64,000 nt of DNA from an uncultured Candidatus Saccharibacteria bacterium (GCA_964394925.1 CAYMZG010000002.1:20947-84946), one strand, 5' to 3'; positions 50,155-61,500 are shown, counted from the stretch's first letter. Notes: generated from the sequence alone by a model not told the origin. Program-made: numbers and translations.

Positions 50155-50505
50155 TTACTTCTTTAAAATGCCAGCTTGGTGCAATTGCGCATGGACCATG
50201 CGACGCAGTTCATCATTCGGCATATCTGCCACCTGCTCATGAAAAACCGTCACCACCATATCGTGGGGCCCTGAAAGGTGATCTTCCTCAAGGCGAAAAG
50301 CTTCAAACAGGCGTCGACGAATACGGTTGCGCCGCACAGCCGATTTATGAACTTTTTTACTCACCACCACTGCTAAGCGGTATTCCGAACGGCGTTTATT
50401 CTCGGCATATTTGAGCGAAATAAGCGGACCACGGACCGTTTGGCCGTGTTGATAGACATAGCGCAGCGAACCATGCCCATGAAACCGATGTGAGCGGGAA
50501 ATCAT
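50155..50505 (-). CDS. rnpA: Ribonuclease P protein component
   Basis: RLAVVVSKKVHKSAVRRNRIRRR motif. Confidence 0.95.
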   Translation of the reverse strand: MISRSHRFHGHGSLRYVYQHGQTVRGPLISLKYAENKRRSEYRLAVVVSKKVHKSAVRRNRIRRRLFEAFRLEEDHLSGPHDMVVTVFHEQVADMPNDELRRMVHAQLHQAGILKK

Positions 50506-50549
50506 GTTGGTCTTTAGTATAGCGTGCTTAGTAAGTAAAAAGCGAAAGG

Positions 50550-50687
50550 TTAGGCGCTGAGGCGAACGCGACCCTTAAGACGACGACGCTTTAGAATATT
50601 GCGGCCAGCCTTGGTCGACATGCGCTTCATAAAACCATGCACACGTGCATTCTTGCGCTTTTTTGGTTGATACGTACGTTTTGGCAT
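50550..50687 (-). CDS. rpmH: 50S ribosomal protein L34 (not in the ORF track)
   Basis: Manual translation [45 protein letters not shown] (45 aa); divergent from dnaA. Confidence 0.97.
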   Translation of the reverse strand: MPKRTYQPKKRKNARVHGFMKRMSTKAGRNILKRRRLKGRVRLSA

Positions 50688-50996
50688 AGACCATTATTAT
50701 ACATAGATTTGCCATTTATCCCAAATTATTATTTGTGTTAGCCATTTGCACGTTTGTATGGCACTGTCTACCCCTACCCCGCTATTGAGTGTTTTTGACA
50801 ATATTTATTCACGATTTCGTGGTAGTTTTCCCCACTTCCTTTTTTATTATCCACAGATTAACAGATAGAAATATTGGGTGTGTATAACTCTGACCTGTTG
50901 GGCAAAAATAACCTCCTTCAAGCAAGGTCATCTGTAAAATTGTGGAAAACTCATGTAGAGTTAGGTATAGTATTGATCAAATAAATGGAGTGAGGG
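50688..50996. promoter_or_regulatory. oriC part 1 / dnaA promoter region with DnaA boxes
   Basis: TTATCCACA 50847-50855, TGTGTATAA 50879-50887, TGTGGAAAA 50941-50949, plus degenerate boxes; AT-rich. Confidence 0.85.
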
Positions 50997-52370
50997 ATGA
51001 AGGAAGACGTCTGGCAGGCGGTCCTGGGTGAAATCGAACTATCTGTCTCTCGAGGCAGCTTTGTGACGTGGTTCAAAAACACCAGGCTACTGCGTGACAA
51101 AGATGGCATCCTCACCATTGGCGTCGCAAACGTCTTCATTAAGCAGCAGATGGAGCGCAAATATAACGACTTAGTGCTTGAAACACTCCGGAAGAACGGC
51201 GTCAATCCAAAGCAGGTGGAATACAAGATCTACACCACTAGTCCTGCTGCCCGAAAAGAGGAAGAGCCCGTTATATTGAGCGCACAGCCTATTGTGCAAA
51301 CACCTACTCCTCAGTCCACCAATCGAACAGGCACTTCGTTGACACATGGCTACCGCCAGGGCCTCAACGAACGTTACACCTTTGAAAGCTTTATCGTTGG
51401 CTCTGGAAACGAATTAGCTTACGCGGCTTGCCAAGCGATTGCAGCAAGTCCCGGCACCAAGTACAACCCACTGTTTGTATATGGTGGTGTGGGAATCGGC
51501 AAAACCCATCTTATTCAGGCAGTTGGTAATGAAGTACTGGCCCGCAAGCCAGAGGCACGCATTGTGTACGCCTCTACCGAACAATTTGTACAAGAATTTG
51601 TTGATTCGCTGCGCTTTAAGAAGACGACCGACTTTGCTAAGCACTATCGGAGCGCCGACGTATTAATTGTCGACGACATGCAGTTTATTGCCGGCAAAGA
51701 AAAGGTCCAAGAAGAGTTCTTTCATACCTTTAATGCCCTGCACCAAGCCAATAAGCAGATTATTATAAGTAGTGATAAGCCACCGAAAGATATTCCAACC
51801 CTTGAGGAACGCCTGCGATCACGCTTTGCTTGGGGCATGCAGATCGACATGCAAAATCCCGACTTCGAGACACGCTGCGCTATCATTCAGACCAAATCAC
51901 AATTACACGGGGTCGAATTGACACCAGAAGTAATGGAATTCCTCGCTAACCTCGTGCAAACGAACATTCGTGAGCTAGAGGGCGCCCTAAACCAACTCCT
52001 CGCCTTCTGTGAGATGCGTGGACTCAGCCCAGACATTCAAATCGCCACCAGCCTGCTTGGCTCAACCAAGAGTCGCCCGAAGCACATTAGCGCCAAACAG
52101 ATTGTGGAGCGTACCGCCAAGTACTTCCAGGTACCGCTCGAAGATCTGCTAGGCCCAAAGCGCGACAAAGACATTGTTGTGCCCCGCCAGGTAGCCATGT
52201 ACATGCTCCGTAGCGAACTACATCTCAGTTTCCCTAAAATTGCCCGTGAACTTGGTCGCAAGGATCACACCACAGCCATTCACTCAGTCGACAAGATTGA
52301 AAAAGAGTCTTCTTTTGATACCGAAATCAAGACTGCTATTCATGATATTAAGGAGCGTTTGTATGCGTAA
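50997..52370 (+). CDS. dnaA: Chromosomal replication initiator
   Basis: YNPLFVYGGVGIGKTHL; DDMQF; QEEFFHTFN; RELEGAL; RDKDIVVPRQ; GRKDHTT. Confidence 0.98.
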   Translation: MKEDVWQAVLGEIELSVSRGSFVTWFKNTRLLRDKDGILTIGVANVFIKQQMERKYNDLVLETLRKNGVNPKQVEYKIYTTSPAARKEEEPVILSAQPIVQTPTPQSTNRTGTSLTHGYRQGLNERYTFESFIVGSGNELAYAACQAIAASPGTKYNPLFVYGGVGIGKTHLIQAVGNEVLARKPEARIVYASTEQFVQEFVDSLRFKKTTDFAKHYRSADVLIVDDMQFIAGKEKVQEEFFHTFNALHQANKQIIISSDKPPKDIPTLEERLRSRFAWGMQIDMQNPDFETRCAIIQTKSQLHGVELTPEVMEFLANLVQTNIRELEGALNQLLAFCEMRGLSPDIQIATSLLGSTKSRPKHISAKQIVERTAKYFQVPLEDLLGPKRDKDIVVPRQVAMYMLRSELHLSFPKIARELGRKDHTTAIHSVDKIEKESSFDTEIKTAIHDIKERLYA

Positions 52371-52620
52371 GCTGCACGTAACGTGTGTACAACCTGTGGT
52401 TAGTGCGTGGCAAAGCCTGTCTACAACCACCGCTACTTTGCCACATGTAGAATTTACAAACGCTGAGCTGGGTAAAAACCCTGCATTTATAACCACTCAA
52501 ACAACAGACTTTCCGACCACTTGTTCACAGCTAATTTTGTCAAATAACAGCGTGGAGTTGGTGGTTTTCCCCATTATCCCCAGGCTTAATAATGAATATA
52601 GCAAAGGAGAATAACTTATT
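52371..52620. promoter_or_regulatory. oriC part 2 (dnaA-dnaN spacer) with degenerate DnaA boxes
   Basis: TGTGTACAA 52384, TTTGCCACA 52437, TTGTTCACA 52521, TTTTCCCCA 52565, TTATCCCCA 52574; AT-rich end before the dnaN RBS AAGGAG. Confidence 0.7.
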
Positions 52621-53712
52621 ATGAAGTTACAAGTCACCCAGGAAAATCTCCACAAGGCTTTGCAGAGCGTTGGTCGTGTTGCTACAAGTCGTGGCACGTT
52701 GCCTATTCTGTCGAATATTCTCCTGAAGACTGTCGGCAACCGCCTGAGCATTGCCGCCACCAACCTAGACATCGCCATTACGCACTACATTGGTTCGAAA
52801 GTAAACGACGAGGGTGCGATCACCGTGCCAGCTCGCCTCATGGTAGATTTTGTTGCTAGCCTGCCAAGTGGCACCATCACCCTAAATCTTGACGACACCA
52901 AGCTGAAGATCACCACCGACCAATACGAATCAGTCATTAACGGCGTGAGTGCTGAAGAATACCCCGTTATGCCAGCTATTGCTGACGGTGTTACGTGGAA
53001 GGTGCCATCAAACGTGTTGCGTGGTGGCCTGCAACAGGTGCTTATGGCTGCCTCGACCGATGAAAGTCGCCCAGTTTTAACGGGAGTATATGTACATACT
53101 CACGAGGGTAAACTCTACCTTGTGGCTACTGATAGCTACCGCCTAGCCGAGAAGATGCTCATGCCAAGTAAGCAAGACATCAAGCTACTTATTCCAGCCA
53201 GCGCCCTACAAGATCTACTGCGCATTTTGGGCGATACCGAAGATGAAGTTACTATTACACACGATGAACAACAGGTGTTATTCCGTGTTGGCGATGTTGA
53301 GCTCGTCACGCGCCTCATTGAGGGTAACTTCCCTGACTACCGAAAGCTCATTCCGCAAAACTTTGCACACAGTGCCGACCTCAAAAAGGGTGAATTTGCC
53401 AACATCACCAAGGTTTCTGCTTTGTTTGCGCGCGAAAGTGCCGGCAGCGTAACGCTGCATCTCGACGAAGAAAAACAGCAAGTAAGCATCCGCTCAATTG
53501 CCTCACAACTCGGTGAAAACACCGCAAGTGCACCAGCGGCAATTACAGGCGAAGGCGTTATTACCCTCAATTCACGCTACATTCTTGATGCCCTGCATGC
53601 TATGAACGACGAAGGTGTGCGCATCGCCTTTAATGGTAAGCTTGAGGCTTGTGTGTTGAGTGCCCCGAAGCGCCCTGACTATACGCATGTGATCATGCCA
53701 CTCAAGAGCTAG
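52621..53712 (+). CDS. dnaN: DNA polymerase III beta clamp
   Basis: LPILSNILL; ATNLD; SRPVLTG; ATDSYRL; RLIEGNFPDY; IMPL. Confidence 0.97.
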   Translation: MKLQVTQENLHKALQSVGRVATSRGTLPILSNILLKTVGNRLSIAATNLDIAITHYIGSKVNDEGAITVPARLMVDFVASLPSGTITLNLDDTKLKITTDQYESVINGVSAEEYPVMPAIADGVTWKVPSNVLRGGLQQVLMAASTDESRPVLTGVYVHTHEGKLYLVATDSYRLAEKMLMPSKQDIKLLIPASALQDLLRILGDTEDEVTITHDEQQVLFRVGDVELVTRLIEGNFPDYRKLIPQNFAHSADLKKGEFANITKVSALFARESAGSVTLHLDEEKQQVSIRSIASQLGENTASAPAAITGEGVITLNSRYILDALHAMNDEGVRIAFNGKLEACVLSAPKRPDYTHVIMPLKS

Positions 53713-53737
53713 GTCATCTAAGGTACAATGGGCTGTA

Positions 53738-54787
53738 ATGATAGCCAAGCTGCGCCTGCAAAACTTTCGCTCATATTCCGACAAAACATTTGAGTTTGTT
53801 GATGGTGTAAACATTATCGTTGGGCCTAATGCTAGTGGTAAAACAAACCTTCTTGAAGGTGTGCTGATGATCTGTCGGGGCGGCACCTTTCGTGGCTCTG
53901 ACGACGAAGTGATTGCCCATGGCGAGGCTTGGGCTCGACTCGACGCTTTAGTGAACAAGCGGCCGCACACTGTAAAAATTCAACTGCAAAATGGTAGAAC
54001 GACCAAAGAGTATGTCTTTGACGGCAGTACCTATAAACACTTCTCAAGCACTATAAGCGTGCCGGTGGTGCTATTCGAGCCCAGCCACCTACAACTTCTC
54101 ACCGACTCCCCAGACCTGCGACGTAACTTTTTAGATGACATGATCGAGCAAGTAACACTTGGTTATGCTTCATTGCGGCGTAACTACAAGCGTGCCCTTG
54201 CCCAACGAAACAGTCTACTCAAACAGGCCTTCACGCAAGACCAGATATTTATATGGAATGTGCGCCTTAGCGAGTTTGGCGGCCAAATTGCCGACGAGCG
54301 GCGACGTTTCCTGGAGACACACCAAACAATTCTTCAAGAAGTGTACGATCAACTGGCCGATGAGCCAACCGAAGCACGTACACACTACGTGACTAAACTA
54401 AATACCGACAACTACTCCTCATCAATGCTAAAAGCCCTCGAAGCAAACTTGCGCATTGACCAAGAACGTGGCTACACAACGGTCGGACCACACCGAGATG
54501 ACCTTGGCCTAGAACTTCGCGGCTACAACCTGTCTGAAGCCGCCTCACGCGGCGAAACGCGCACTATGTTACTGGCGCTCAAGCTACTTGAAGCACGGGC
54601 CATAGAACAGGCCCAGCGAACCAAACCAATCCTGCTGCTAGATGATGTGTTTAGTGAGCTCGATGCCACCAGGCGGCACGCCCTCACAACATTCATCCAG
54701 GATCACCAAACGTTTATTACCACCACCGATGCCGATATCTTTGACGGCAAACTCCCTGCCAAGTCACAAACAATACGCTTTAACTAA
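53738..54787 (+). CDS. recF: DNA replication and repair protein RecF
   Basis: LQNFRSY; GPNASGKTNLLE; GPHRDD; SRGE; LLLDDVFSELD. Confidence 0.95.
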   Translation: MIAKLRLQNFRSYSDKTFEFVDGVNIIVGPNASGKTNLLEGVLMICRGGTFRGSDDEVIAHGEAWARLDALVNKRPHTVKIQLQNGRTTKEYVFDGSTYKHFSSTISVPVVLFEPSHLQLLTDSPDLRRNFLDDMIEQVTLGYASLRRNYKRALAQRNSLLKQAFTQDQIFIWNVRLSEFGGQIADERRRFLETHQTILQEVYDQLADEPTEARTHYVTKLNTDNYSSSMLKALEANLRIDQERGYTTVGPHRDDLGLELRGYNLSEAASRGETRTMLLALKLLEARAIEQAQRTKPILLLDDVFSELDATRRHALTTFIQDHQTFITTTDADIFDGKLPAKSQTIRFN

Positions 54788-54801
54788 CAACTACTTACCG
54801 A

Positions 54802-56325
54802 CTAATCTGCGTACGGATTTACGATTACAAACCTAGTCGTATCAATGCCGCTTGCCTTTACGTCTGCCATCACAGCATCATTAGCTTTGCGCTTCTTCTC
54901 GGGCGAATAGCCATACGATTTTGAGGCTGGTACATACTCTAGTTCCCCGAGATTCGGTGATATAAACAGATACTTACCATAGGCCGATACATCTGAGATA
55001 TTCGAGGAATGCAACAGAACATCAACTTGCTTATCAATGGGTGAATCAACAGCAGATTCGCCGAGTTCCAGCATTACCCCAGTGCCCTTTGTATTGGTGA
55101 GGTTCAAAAGTGCCCCATTGCCAGAGGGTGATATGCTATTTAACTGATAATTGCCGAGCCGATAAGCTATGTAGCCATATCCATTTGTGGTATTCACATA
55201 GATAACGTCGCGACCTTTCAAAAATAACAGGCCGTCTTTTCCTGACCTGCCCATAATGCTTACATCAGGTACCTGGGCCACCTTCTTTAGTTTGCCGCCC
55301 GATGCGTCGTAAATAGTAAGGCCGGATGTTTCGTCGATGGTGCATATGCTCTGCTGTCCACAGAGCGAGGTTGCAAAATATGTTCCACTTAATGAAAAGT
55401 GCTTGGCTTTTCCATTCGAATACTTCACCAATTCAGTCTTCGGGTTCGGGGTTGATCCATCAGTATCACCAACACTGTTTGAATAGGTCGCCAATAGGCT
55501 TTTTCCATCAGCATCAAAACGAATCGGAATATCCACACCTTTAACCGAAGGCAGTTCTAATTTCTTAGGGCTTGCTTTCGGGCCCGAGAAATACTGCACA
55601 TCCCTAAATGTTAGGTCATACATAACAAAACCGTCTTCATAAGGAACCGCTGTGTATGTTTTGTCGTCTTTCAGGCCCGAAAGATATGTTGCACTCCCCG
55701 TTTCGGTAATGATGCCTGCTGCTTGATTCAGACTTAGGGCAGAGTGTGCGCTTGGCAGGCCTATCGACTCCAACTGCTTGCGCACATATAATGGGCCACC
55801 CTTTGTATTAATAATCCCCTCTACTTGTCTCGTAAAGCCATTACTGGGGCTTCTTGCAGATGTCGGGAGTTGTTGGCTAGCAGGAACATGAACTTTGATT
55901 GTGTCTGCTGTGCCACCACACGTGTGGCTAACAAGCACCGCATTAATTATTTCGGCACATGATGCTGGATTGTTGCCCACAAAACTTCGCGAACGTTCTG
56001 CCTCAAGCGCAATTTTTGGGGTGGTTTTAGACAAGAAGTGGCCCACCACAACACTTGTCCAGTAACTCTTATCACCATCAACAGCAAGCACCGTGTATCT
56101 ACCACTCCTCAGGATTTTGGTCCCCGGTTTCGTGGTTTGTTGTAAGCCATTGCTGTTACCTGATACATAGTACGTCACATCTGTATTATTTTGTGCGGAG
56201 TCTAGTTGAAGGCGCCCACGTCCATATAGCCACCAAATGACCATGGCCATAACTATGAATAACAAGCCAAAAACAATAAACCGACGATAACGTGACATAA
56301 GACTAAGTATTACATTATCTTGCAT
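54802..56325 (-). CDS. Hypothetical membrane-anchored exported protein, last gene of the VirB4 operon
   Basis: N-terminal TM helix; beta-rich body; starts 2 nt after the upstream stop. Confidence 0.8.
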   Translation of the reverse strand: MQDNVILSLMSRYRRFIVFGLLFIVMAMVIWWLYGRGRLQLDSAQNNTDVTYYVSGNSNGLQQTTKPGTKILRSGRYTVLAVDGDKSYWTSVVVGHFLSKTTPKIALEAERSRSFVGNNPASCAEIINAVLVSHTCGGTADTIKVHVPASQQLPTSARSPSNGFTRQVEGIINTKGGPLYVRKQLESIGLPSAHSALSLNQAAGIITETGSATYLSGLKDDKTYTAVPYEDGFVMYDLTFRDVQYFSGPKASPKKLELPSVKGVDIPIRFDADGKSLLATYSNSVGDTDGSTPNPKTELVKYSNGKAKHFSLSGTYFATSLCGQQSICTIDETSGLTIYDASGGKLKKVAQVPDVSIMGRSGKDGLLFLKGRDVIYVNTTNGYGYIAYRLGNYQLNSISPSGNGALLNLTNTKGTGVMLELGESAVDSPIDKQVDVLLHSSNISDVSAYGKYLFISPNLGELEYVPASKSYGYSPEKKRKANDAVMADVKASGIDTTRFVIVNPYAD

Positions 56326-56327
56326 AA

Positions 56328-58592
56328 CTAACCACCACAGCCATTTGGATTACTCACACCCGGAGGTACGGTGAGGCCATTCTTAAAGGGGTCAACATTA
56401 GCGTGGTCCCAGCCACTATAATCACCCGGGAAGGTGTTGAAGTGAAGGTGTGGCCCGGTTGATATTCCGAGACTGCCCTGCTCACCAATCTGTTGACCTT
56501 GTTTAACTTGGTCGCCTTCATGGACCATCATAGAGTTCATATGACCATAGCTTGTCCCAAACTTAATAGATTCGTGTTTTATAACAACAAAGTTTGGTCC
56601 ATATCCTCCTGCCGGCCCCGCCTTTACCACCACGCCATCGGCTGCCGCAAAAATCGGTGTTTCACTGGGCGGGCCACTGTTTGAAATATCAATTCCTGGG
56701 TGTCCACCCGGACCACCAAAGCACTGAGTAATATAGCTCTTTTCTATTTTTTCGGGCCATGAGAACGTGCCGCCTGTTGGGCCCTGCTGACCACCCTGAC
56801 TACAGCCTCCACCTCCGCCACCAGATCCATTGCCGGCAACCGGCATGCCTGATCCGAACTTGGCCACCGCGGCATGGGCGGCATCAACGCGAGTTTTATG
56901 AAATTCCTGAGGCGGTTTGGTTTCTGGTGTCGGGCCTTTGTTGTTTACTATAATTCCGCGGTGTGTCTCGTAGTAGATCTCGATAAGTTGTGTAGCCTTA
57001 TCAATTATATCTTCCCCTGGGTTTGGTGTTTCAGCGTCTATCTTTTGTATTCGTTCCAATAATGGTTTGTATTTATTCTGCAGCTCCCACATTATATAAT
57101 CAAGCTGCAGGCCTAGATCAGACACGGGCTTGCCTTGATCAGATGCCATTTTGTTTAAGGGGTCTTGTCTGTCATGGAATGACCATTGGATAAGTCCATA
57201 CCCTCGCCCGTCAATCGTGGCGTCTCCTGTTGTGCCAGGTTCAAGCGCTCGTGGGTTAAGACCCGATTCCTCTGTCATGTTTCCAATAAAACCCCCCGCC
57301 ACTGCTGGCGCAAAGCCTTTGCCAATGAAGAAGTTGAATATCTTCTCGGCATTCTCACCGCCAACTAACGTGGTGCTGCTAGTCCCGCCGCTACCACCAC
57401 AAGTACAGCCACCCCCATTTCCGCTTTTTGTTGCGCTATCATTTCCCATATTCGCTTTTGCAGCCGTTATTTTTGCCGAAGAAGCTTCAATTTGAGTTTT
57501 GAGGGCTGGATCAGCGTTAGCTGCCTGCTCAACTTTATCAATAATTGCCTTTAATTGATCTTCGCCTGTGAAGAGCGCGATATCAGCCCCGCTTTTTATT
57601 GCTTCTAAGGCACTGTCGGCTAGCGCGCCAGGTCCTCCCAAGCCACCCGCCGCCAAGTCATCTGTAATAATAATGCCATTAAATTGATACTCATTTTTTA
57701 GTAAGTCGTAAGTTGCCTTACTCTTACTGGCTGGTACACCGTTTGTGAGCCCAGGAACACTATAATTTCCTACCATCACCCAAGCCCCAGTGGTGTTGTT
57801 GGCTAAAAGCGTTTGATACGGTTTAAGATCGAGCCCTTTTAGTTCATCTAGGCTTGGTGATGAGCCAGCAACTTGGTCGGAATTCACCGTTGTTCGGCCA
57901 ATGCCCGGAAAGTGCTTGTATACTGGCGTAATGCCACCGGCCTTTAGCCCTTCAGCGTACGCTCCGGCTTTTTCGGCAATAACATCAGGGTTGTTAGAAA
58001 ACGCTCGTTGTATGTTACCAATCGCCGGACTATTTGGGCTGTCAATGTCTACTACCGGGGCGGCATCGAACGTACCACCAATCTCTTTAATTTTTGTGGC
58101 CGTGTCGGTGCCAAGCTTCTTTACCTGATCCACCGACATACCTCCCATTGCCTTGGCGCTCGGGGTGCCCAACTTCAGTCGGTCAACTTGACCACCCTCC
58201 TGGTCGAGTCCCACAAACGGTGTAGGACTAAACTTTGATTTAGCAGCATTAATCTTTGCCCCATCAAAAAAGGGAGTATTCACAAAAAAGCCACCAACAT
58301 GGTAGGTGCTAACAGCATCATTAGCTTGTGCTTCGCTTGTGACGAGCGGAATCATCATCTGACCAATTTGGTCTCGCAGACCAGTGAGCGCGGCTGGTAC
58401 ATTACTATTCTTTTTACCCACATCACAGGCCACAACATCTTGATACATGGTATGGTCGCCATAAATTGCCTTACTCTCGATATTGGCGTCTGCATAGGCG
58501 ATTGTACTGACTGTCGGCAGAAGAATGATTAAAATTGAAATCAGAAGAGTGCGAGCCACCGTGCGAAGCGCTACCAATAGCCTGCGGATCAT
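56328..58592 (-). CDS. Secreted multi-domain peptidoglycan hydrolase: GH3 NagZ-like, phage-tail lysozyme, M23 peptidase
   Basis: GH3: DQEGGQVDR, APVVD, KHFPG.G, ITDDL. Lysozyme: GFIGNMTEESG.NP, GYGLIQW, QLDY...EL. M23: H.GIDI, YGHM, STGPHLHF. Confidence 0.88.
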   Translation of the reverse strand: MIRRLLVALRTVARTLLISILIILLPTVSTIAYADANIESKAIYGDHTMYQDVVACDVGKKNSNVPAALTGLRDQIGQMMIPLVTSEAQANDAVSTYHVGGFFVNTPFFDGAKINAAKSKFSPTPFVGLDQEGGQVDRLKLGTPSAKAMGGMSVDQVKKLGTDTATKIKEIGGTFDAAPVVDIDSPNSPAIGNIQRAFSNNPDVIAEKAGAYAEGLKAGGITPVYKHFPGIGRTTVNSDQVAGSSPSLDELKGLDLKPYQTLLANNTTGAWVMVGNYSVPGLTNGVPASKSKATYDLLKNEYQFNGIIITDDLAAGGLGGPGALADSALEAIKSGADIALFTGEDQLKAIIDKVEQAANADPALKTQIEASSAKITAAKANMGNDSATKSGNGGGCTCGGSGGTSSTTLVGGENAEKIFNFFIGKGFAPAVAGGFIGNMTEESGLNPRALEPGTTGDATIDGRGYGLIQWSFHDRQDPLNKMASDQGKPVSDLGLQLDYIMWELQNKYKPLLERIQKIDAETPNPGEDIIDKATQLIEIYYETHRGIIVNNKGPTPETKPPQEFHKTRVDAAHAAVAKFGSGMPVAGNGSGGGGGGCSQGGQQGPTGGTFSWPEKIEKSYITQCFGGPGGHPGIDISNSGPPSETPIFAAADGVVVKAGPAGGYGPNFVVIKHESIKFGTSYGHMNSMMVHEGDQVKQGQQIGEQGSLGISTGPHLHFNTFPGDYSGWDHANVDPFKNGLTVPPGVSNPNGCGG

Positions 58593-61500
58593 TTCGACGG
58601 CGCCTTTCCAATAGTCTCCACCGCCTTGTCCACAAGTGGACCATAATTTGTTGGGTGTATGCCATCCGGTGTGTATGGTATTGGCGGTGCAATACCAGCG
58701 TAATCTATGACCGTAACGCTGTGGCTACTAGCAAACTTTGCCAATAGATCAGTCTTGCCTTTGCCATGATCCCCGAGCGAATTGAGGTAGTAGTTCACCC
58801 AGAATATCTTGGCGTTAGGGGCATTTGCTTTAACCTTGTCGTACGTTGTTTGCAGGCTTGAGTTAAAGGCGTCATCCCCAGCACCTAGGTCATTGGTTCC
58901 GAGTGCTACTACGACCGCTCCGGCATTCGACATGATGGCTTTGTCGGCGTCCATTTGCTGGATGCCACCAGGGCTTGGTGGTTCTCCGGTCATGTGCCGT
59001 GACACCAACCCATTACTCGTAACACTCCAGCCATTGGCTTGCAGTTTGGTATCTAGGCCCGCAGCCTTGGCGCCCACCGTATAGGAGTCGCCCACCCAGT
59101 AAAGATTGGCATTACTTGCCGATGAACCATTGGTTCCGGTGTTGGCTGTGCTGCCACTGCCACCCTCGGGTGAATAGGCATTGTCACCGGTATAGCCGTA
59201 CAGACCACCAATGTTACCCATCACGCGACTGTCGAAGATTGCACAGTTGTAAATTTTGTCTGCGGCAGCGGGGTCCATCTCTTTCTCCTTGATGGTCCCG
59301 TACACTTTTTCCCAGAATTTGTCGCCATTGCGCATAACTTCCCAGTCGAGCGACTTAGGATCCAGACCTATATCACTCACATTACTACTTTTCGATAAAT
59401 AATCTGGGTCAAGTGGATCCAGACCTTGGCATTGTGGAGGTATGTCGTATTTGTCGACACCGGCCCAGTCTGATATATCTGAGGCTTTTCCTGGATCTGC
59501 CGCAAAGGCTCTGCCACTTAACATATTTCCAAAAACCGTAGGCAGGCTGCTGAGGCTTGTAAATAGGCTACTGATCTGCTGGGTTATTGGCTTGTTGCTC
59601 ACAGCAAAAAGAGTGCTTGCCGCAAAAGAATCGGGATTATCGAGTGACGCATAACGATCGAATAACGATTCGCTTGCTTTCTGCTCGTTATCATAATTAG
59701 TGGCTAACTTATTTGTATAATCAAGCGATGCCTTAGTTGATGCTGCACCCCCTGATTGACGAGTTGACGCCTCTGCTTGAGCTGCACCCCCCGCGACAAG
59801 CAAGTTTCCAATTCCTGGAGACGAGCCATCGAACATTGGTCCACCACCAAGCACACCGACCAACTTCATCATAAGTGCGCCTATTTGTGATTGAACATTC
59901 TTTCCGAATTCGGTCTCAGCCGCGAAACCTACCAATGGCTCAGTAACCTTGCCAATCAAATCCGGTATAAAGTTCGAAACCCATTCAACGCCAGGTATTT
60001 TTTTGACTCCACGTACACCACCAGCAACTACGCCTATAAAAGGCTTAAAATTTTTCTCATATACATTTGACAGCATCGCCGCATTACCACCGTTTCCTGG
60101 ATTTTGATCATCACAATACCAGGAAAAATCACTAAATGAGCGTTTTGATGGCTCTTTTTCGCAATATGCTTTTTTGGCCACTTTATCTGCATCGCTAGTG
60201 CCAGCACTTCTGCCTGTTGCCTGCAACCACCCTTCGCTATTGCCAATATTTTGCGTTGTCGCAAAAAAGTCTTGTAATTGATCCCCAACCAATTCACCCG
60301 ATTTCATTTGATCACTTGCAATTGAATAGGTAGCAAACAAACCAATTAGCTGGGCTCGTTTCGCATTTTTTACCATCATAGATAGCTTGCTAGTTTCCCC
60401 ATTGCCAAATAGATCATCTACCCTTTCCATCCATTTTGCGATCGTCCATATTTTATCCGGGCTGGGTATTGGTGCGGCACTCTGTATTACCTTACCAATC
60501 TCTTGACCAGTCACCTTGGCAATAAGTGTGTAAATGAGGCGCTTGGATATGCTGGACCCCTCAAGTATCTTAGCGGTTTCCTTGCTCAGGCCCTTGTCCG
60601 CTTCGCCTTCCACGGCATTTGTTAATAGCTTCTGAGTCTCGTCCTTAAGATCACCCGACACCTCGTTCTCAGCTGCCTTTTGTGCGGCCTTTGCCTGCTT
60701 GCCTTCATCGTCTTTTGGCTCTTTCTCTGGCAAATCGTCGCCACCACTCCCATTCAGCCCATTCTGGGGGTCGGCCACATCACTCGATCTAGCGCAGCTA
60801 CCATTTGAAAAGATACATTTAAGTAAATTTGCAGTATTTGGATTACGCCCAAAGAAAATATCTATCATCTTGGCATATAGCTGGTCTTTACGAGCTTGTA
60901 TACCTTTCGCGAGTTTATCTCGTGTTTTCTCGAATAATCGCCATGACTTAATGCCCGCAACACTCTCAACATCTTTGCGTACATGTCGTCGCTTGAATAC
61001 TCTGTACCATGGGACCTCAGAGTCGACAACCTCTTTTACGGCTTTGCGCGCTGCTTTGTGTGTGTCGAACTTATCGACCACAAACATTCTTTCCAAATCT
61101 TTGTCGGGTATTGCTGATAGTTTCTGTGCAATATTGTTTGCACTGATCGGCCCGCCGTTATCGGCATCTAATAAGTACTTTCCAACCAGATCGGGATGTA
61201 TCTTTTCTAGTGCGGTTATACGCGCGGTGGATATGTTTCCCTGGTTATCAACTATGCTAACAAATGATATGCCCTGCTTGCCAAAAACACTTTCCTCAAA
61301 CTTATTTTTACGGAGGGTTGCATACCAATCCTTAAGCGGATTCTTCCCGTCGCCTACTTTATCACCCTTAAAAAATAATGTTTCCCCATCGGTTTTTCCC
61401 TCATATTCAGCAACGCGCATTTTTATATATGCTTTTGTTAGGCTCTTGTTTCGGGTATCGAGGGACGCCTTAAGTCGCTTGCTAGTATGAGCTTCTGTAT

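Noticed and set aside
52240-52614. 124-aa plus-strand ORF spanning the dnaA end and the dnaA-dnaN spacer
   Set aside because: It overlaps dnaA out of frame, runs through the DnaA-box array and has no recognisable domain.
56328-58592. Phage-tail lysozyme domain as evidence of a prophage
   Set aside because: No phage structural, terminase or integrase genes are present; the domain sits in a secreted fusion within the VirB4 operon.
60699-61490. 263-aa plus-strand ORF
   Set aside because: It is fully antisense to the 1106-aa gene, with the Ser/Leu/Phe-rich composition typical of a shadow frame.
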